From assembly GCA_029856155.1 (NCBI GenBank), contig JAHQWL010000052.1, positions 64,001-128,000 of the forward strand: a DNA stretch of 64,000 bases, read 5' to 3'. Both the position numbers and the translations under genes were made by a program. Positions within the stretch are counted from its first letter, which is position 1, and every line of letters starts with the position of its first letter. The notes beneath the pieces are model-generated. The model did not search any database. It had not been told where the DNA came from and saw only the letters and a list, made by a program, of their open reading frames with translations. The stretch comes from Promethearchaeia archaeon. GTDB lineage: Archaea; Asgardarchaeota; Lokiarchaeia; Sigyniarchaeales; SOKP01. Positions 60,692 through 64,000 of this stretch are shown here, piece after piece.

Positions 60692-62131
60692 ATTATTAAA
60701 AAATCACTAACTCTAACTTGTATAGAATGCAAAAAAAAGTATGAATTTACCTCTATTCAACATAAATGTCCTGAATGTAAAGGACTATTATGGTTTGAAG
60801 TTAATTTAGAAAGATTTAGACAACAATTCTCTGAAATTGAAGCTATAAATAAATTTTGGGATTACAAATTTGCACTTCCTCAAGTACAGGATGATTTTAT
60901 TGTTTCATTAGGGGAAGGGGGTAGTCCTTGTAAAAATTCAAAAAAATTTGGAGAAAAATTGGGATTAAAGTTCTTATTTTTTAAAGATGAAACTCAAAAT
61001 CCAACTAATTCTTTTAAAGATCGTGCGGCAGCATTATTAGTTTCTCATGCGCGTAGTTGGGATTATAAAAAAATTATCTGTGCTTCAAATGGTAATCAAG
61101 GTGCCTCATTAGCAGCATATGCTTCTGTAGAAGGAATGAGTTGTTTGAATATCATCCCAAGAATAATTGATGTAGGAAAAAAAGCTCAAATGATCGCGTA
61201 TAACTCCGAATTAGAAGTAATTGGAGAGACTGTTGATGATGCTATTGAAGAACTATTAATACGAAAAAATATTACAGATTTCTATCAAGGTTCTCCTGAT
61301 TTGAATCCACTTACCCTTGAAGCCCAGAAAACCATCGCTTATGAAATAATTAAACAGGTTGAAGAACCAAATTGGATTTTAATCCCCATGGGAAGTGGAG
61401 AATTATTAGTAAGTCTATGGAAAGGATTTCATGAGCTTCTAGAGGCTAATGTCATAAAGAGGCTTCCAAAATTAGTTGGTGTCCAATCAGAAGCCTCATC
61501 TCCCATTGTGGATGAATTCTTTAAAGATAAGGGGAGTATTCTGAAAAATCAAGAAATTCAAAATTCTATAGCCCTAGGAGTTTTAGTAAGAAATCCTATA
61601 TATAAAGATTTAGCTATTAAATGTATTAGGGAAAGTGAAGGCACTGTAATGTCAATTCTGGAGGAAAATATATTAAATTCAATTGATAAACTAGTAAGAT
61701 ATGAAGGAATCTTTGCAGAACCCGCATCAGCTTTAACTATAGCTGCAGTTCAATCATTGCAAAATAAAAATGTGTTTGATGATAATGAAAAAATTGTATG
61801 TCTTATCACTGGTAGTGGACTAAAAGCACCTTACATTTTAGAAGCGTTATCATCTCAAACAAAAACGACAGGAAAAGGTTCAATTATTATAACAAAATTA
61901 AAAATATTATCTCAAATATCCCTATCTGGTGAAAAAGGGATTTATGGAAGTAAAATCCATGAAATAATAAGCCCTGGTAAAAAAATTTCTGGAATTTATC
62001 AGCACTTGAAAGATTTAGAATCAAAAGGTCTAATAATGCGAAAAAAAGAAGGAAAACATATATTGTATTTTATAACTGAAAATGGAAAAAAAGTTCTTGA
62101 TGCATTAGATGTCCTAATTACACTCCTTTAA
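60692..62131 (+). CDS. thrC: Threonine synthase with N-terminal Zn ribbon and C-terminal winged HTH (ATT start)
   Basis: Upstream frame gives CIEC...CPEC...SLGEGGSP; NPTNSFKDR; EPASA; TGSGLK; C-terminal GIYQHLKDLESKGLI...YFITENG. Confidence 0.85.
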   Translation: MIKKSLTLTCIECKKKYEFTSIQHKCPECKGLLWFEVNLERFRQQFSEIEAINKFWDYKFALPQVQDDFIVSLGEGGSPCKNSKKFGEKLGLKFLFFKDETQNPTNSFKDRAAALLVSHARSWDYKKIICASNGNQGASLAAYASVEGMSCLNIIPRIIDVGKKAQMIAYNSELEVIGETVDDAIEELLIRKNITDFYQGSPDLNPLTLEAQKTIAYEIIKQVEEPNWILIPMGSGELLVSLWKGFHELLEANVIKRLPKLVGVQSEASSPIVDEFFKDKGSILKNQEIQNSIALGVLVRNPIYKDLAIKCIRESEGTVMSILEENILNSIDKLVRYEGIFAEPASALTIAAVQSLQNKNVFDDNEKIVCLITGSGLKAPYILEALSSQTKTTGKGSIIITKLKILSQISLSGEKGIYGSKIHEIISPGKKISGIYQHLKDLESKGLIMRKKEGKHILYFITENGKKVLDALDVLITLL

Positions 62132-62769
62132 GATTCATATAATTCAACTTCTTTTCTACCTTCTACTAGAAATACTTTATCAAAAACTTGAGGAAAACTT
62201 TGAATAATATTCTTTCTAACAACAGATATTATCAGTAAGGATATTAAACCTGATATACCAAATTGTATTATTCCATTTAAAATTACCTCATATAAAGCAC
62301 TAACAAATCCCCAAAGTATAATTTCATAAATAAAATAACCAAGTACCATGAATAAACCTCCCAATACAACAGCTACTATATCACGATAATTAAATTTAAT
62401 GTTATTCTGCTTAGGATTTGAAATTAATCCAATTATAAATCCTTCTAATCCTTTAATTATTAAAGTTGCTGGGGCATAAATAGCATAGCCTAAGAAAATG
62501 TCTGCTAAAGCAGAACCTATACCTCCTGCTATACCCCCTATAAAAGGACCAAATAGTAAACCTGCAAACATTACTCCAGCATCTCCAATATTAATAAATC
62601 CTTGGGTTGCTGGAATTGGTATCGAAATTACCATGGTCAATACACAAATTAAAGCTGCAAATATACCTATAATTGAAAGACATAACACATTATTAGGTAA
62701 AAGATAACCCATTAAACTTTTAGGTTTAAAAACCTTTTTTTCCTTCATTATTTCACTTTCTTCTTTCAT
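62128..62769 (-). CDS. ECF transporter S component
   Basis: IPIPATQGFINIGD, GIGSALAD, TLIIKGLEG. Confidence 0.88.
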   Translation of the reverse strand: MKEESEIMKEKKVFKPKSLMGYLLPNNVLCLSIIGIFAALICVLTMVISIPIPATQGFINIGDAGVMFAGLLFGPFIGGIAGGIGSALADIFLGYAIYAPATLIIKGLEGFIIGLISNPKQNNIKFNYRDIVAVVLGGLFMVLGYFIYEIILWGFVSALYEVILNGIIQFGISGLISLLIISVVRKNIIQSFPQVFDKVFLVEGRKEVELYES

Positions 62770-62933
62770 AATTTTTCTACTTTTAAATATATAAGTTTGG
62801 ACTTATATAAGTTTAAACTTATATTTAATCTATGATTTTTTTTTATTTAAATCTTTATGTTCAGATTAAAATTAGAAAAAAAGGATCCTATCAATCTAGT
62901 TTATTTTGGAAAATTGTTAAAAAAAAATATAAG

Positions 62934-63890
62934 TTAGAAATTAGAATAAACCATAAATTTGTTTCCTGAACCAAGACTATAGATTTCAAAATTCGTTCCA
63001 CGCTTGGTAGTCGCCATCATTTGTATCATCGGAAAGAGATAAATCTGGGATGTGATTTGGGCATCTTCATCTTTTTCATGTTTTCTATAATCAGTCTTCG
63101 CGGCTCCTATAGTCTTACTGATATTTTTATTCATATACCCTAAAGATGCTTCTGTCTTGGACTCTAATTCTTTAAAATCACTGAACTTTATTCCTTCGAT
63201 ATCTTCAATCATTTTATGAAGGTCTTCTCCGATTTCTTTTTCATATCTTGTTTGAGCACTACTATGTAAAATTGGGATTCCAGTTACTACAGTTTGAAAA
63301 GGAACTGGAAGAATTTCATATTTATACATATTTTTATGACCTCCACACTCCTTGCATGGTTCTATTCTGTTTCCAGTTCCATAACACACACCACACGGAT
63401 ACGAAAAGGGTTTTTTTTCTTTTTTTTGTTCTTCTCCAACTAAAACTGTAAATGTTTCCTCTATTTTTCCCGTTCCTTTACATGTCTTACATTTATCTTC
63501 GAGATATCCTTTCCCTTTACAATTTTTGCAAGGAACAGCTTGAATTGATTCAAAATGAGGGACTTTTTCATTCTCTTTCCAATTCTCCTTATTTATTTTG
63601 CCAGCACCTTTAAAAGAATAATACTGTTCTCTACCAACTCTTGGAGCTGTAACTAGGTTTTCATCTTTCCCCGTTGGAGTAGGTCCAAGAGATTTTTTAA
63701 CAGCAAAATATATTGCTGCCTCTTTCATTGTATCCTTAACATATTCTGCTGCACTTATAGCATCTAAAGAGAAAACTGCTCCTTTGGTTCCAAATTGTTT
63801 TTCCATCTTCTTTCGATCTGTTCTTGCAACTTTTTCCTTCCATTTCACCCATATATCATCGAGATTGGGTGTTTTTATCCTGGTTGACAT
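62934..63890 (-). CDS. Protein with DnaJ-type CxxCxGxG zinc-finger repeats, no J domain
   Basis: CKNCKGKG, CKTCKGTG, CGVCYGTG, CKECGG. Confidence 0.72.
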   Translation of the reverse strand: MSTRIKTPNLDDIWVKWKEKVARTDRKKMEKQFGTKGAVFSLDAISAAEYVKDTMKEAAIYFAVKKSLGPTPTGKDENLVTAPRVGREQYYSFKGAGKINKENWKENEKVPHFESIQAVPCKNCKGKGYLEDKCKTCKGTGKIEETFTVLVGEEQKKEKKPFSYPCGVCYGTGNRIEPCKECGGHKNMYKYEILPVPFQTVVTGIPILHSSAQTRYEKEIGEDLHKMIEDIEGIKFSDFKELESKTEASLGYMNKNISKTIGAAKTDYRKHEKDEDAQITSQIYLFPMIQMMATTKRGTNFEIYSLGSGNKFMVYSNF

Positions 63891-64000
63891 TTTTTTTCAC
63901 TTATAAAAATTAATTTTAAATTTAATTAACTTTATTTAATTGATGTAGAATTATAAAAATATAAAATAGAATGATTTATAATTTTTATATAAAAGAAAAT

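Noticed and set aside
3327-63451. Many short ORFs in the track antisense to or overlapping longer genes (e.g. 4150-4587, 5942-6298, 26283-26672, 54485-55042, 57730-58023)
   Set aside because: Shadow frames of well-supported genes, with S/F/L/I-rich composition and no motifs.
1-64000. CRISPR arrays, rRNA genes, IS transposases
   Set aside because: None recognised; the only periodicity seen is coding LRR/WD40/heptad repeats and the poly-Asp tract.

Overview
Very AT-rich archaeal chromosomal segment, most likely an Asgard archaeon (Lokiarchaeia-like). The evidence is SmAP-rpl37e synteny, a tRNA splicing endonuclease, a PINA ATPase, archaeal SepF, an intron-containing tRNA, and eukaryotic-signature proteins (roadblock, longin-like, Rab-like GTPase, ubiquitin-like, LRR, WD40). 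Most of the window is housekeeping and metabolism: serine pathway, MFS/APC/ZIP/ECF transporters, 2-hydroxyacyl-CoA dehydratase, thrC, nadA. The standout is a divergent locus at ~25.6-34.9 kb. On the minus strand are two translationally coupled LRR-TIR paralogs: one has an intact TIR catalytic Glu, the other a degenerate TIR plus a duplicated helical insert in its LRR cap. On the plus strand are a WD40-2TM protein, a nicotinamidase-fold protein lacking its catalytic triad, and nadA. Together they form a candidate paired sensor/executor NAD+-based immune or signalling system. Other observations: several genes apparently start at ATT (including a GG-F ubiquitin-like gene missed by the ORF track), a tRNA-Leu(UAA) has a D-loop intron and is followed by a free-standing LAGLIDADG gene, and there are two gene remnants and two intergenic hairpins. 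All protein calls come from motif reading only; no searches were run.
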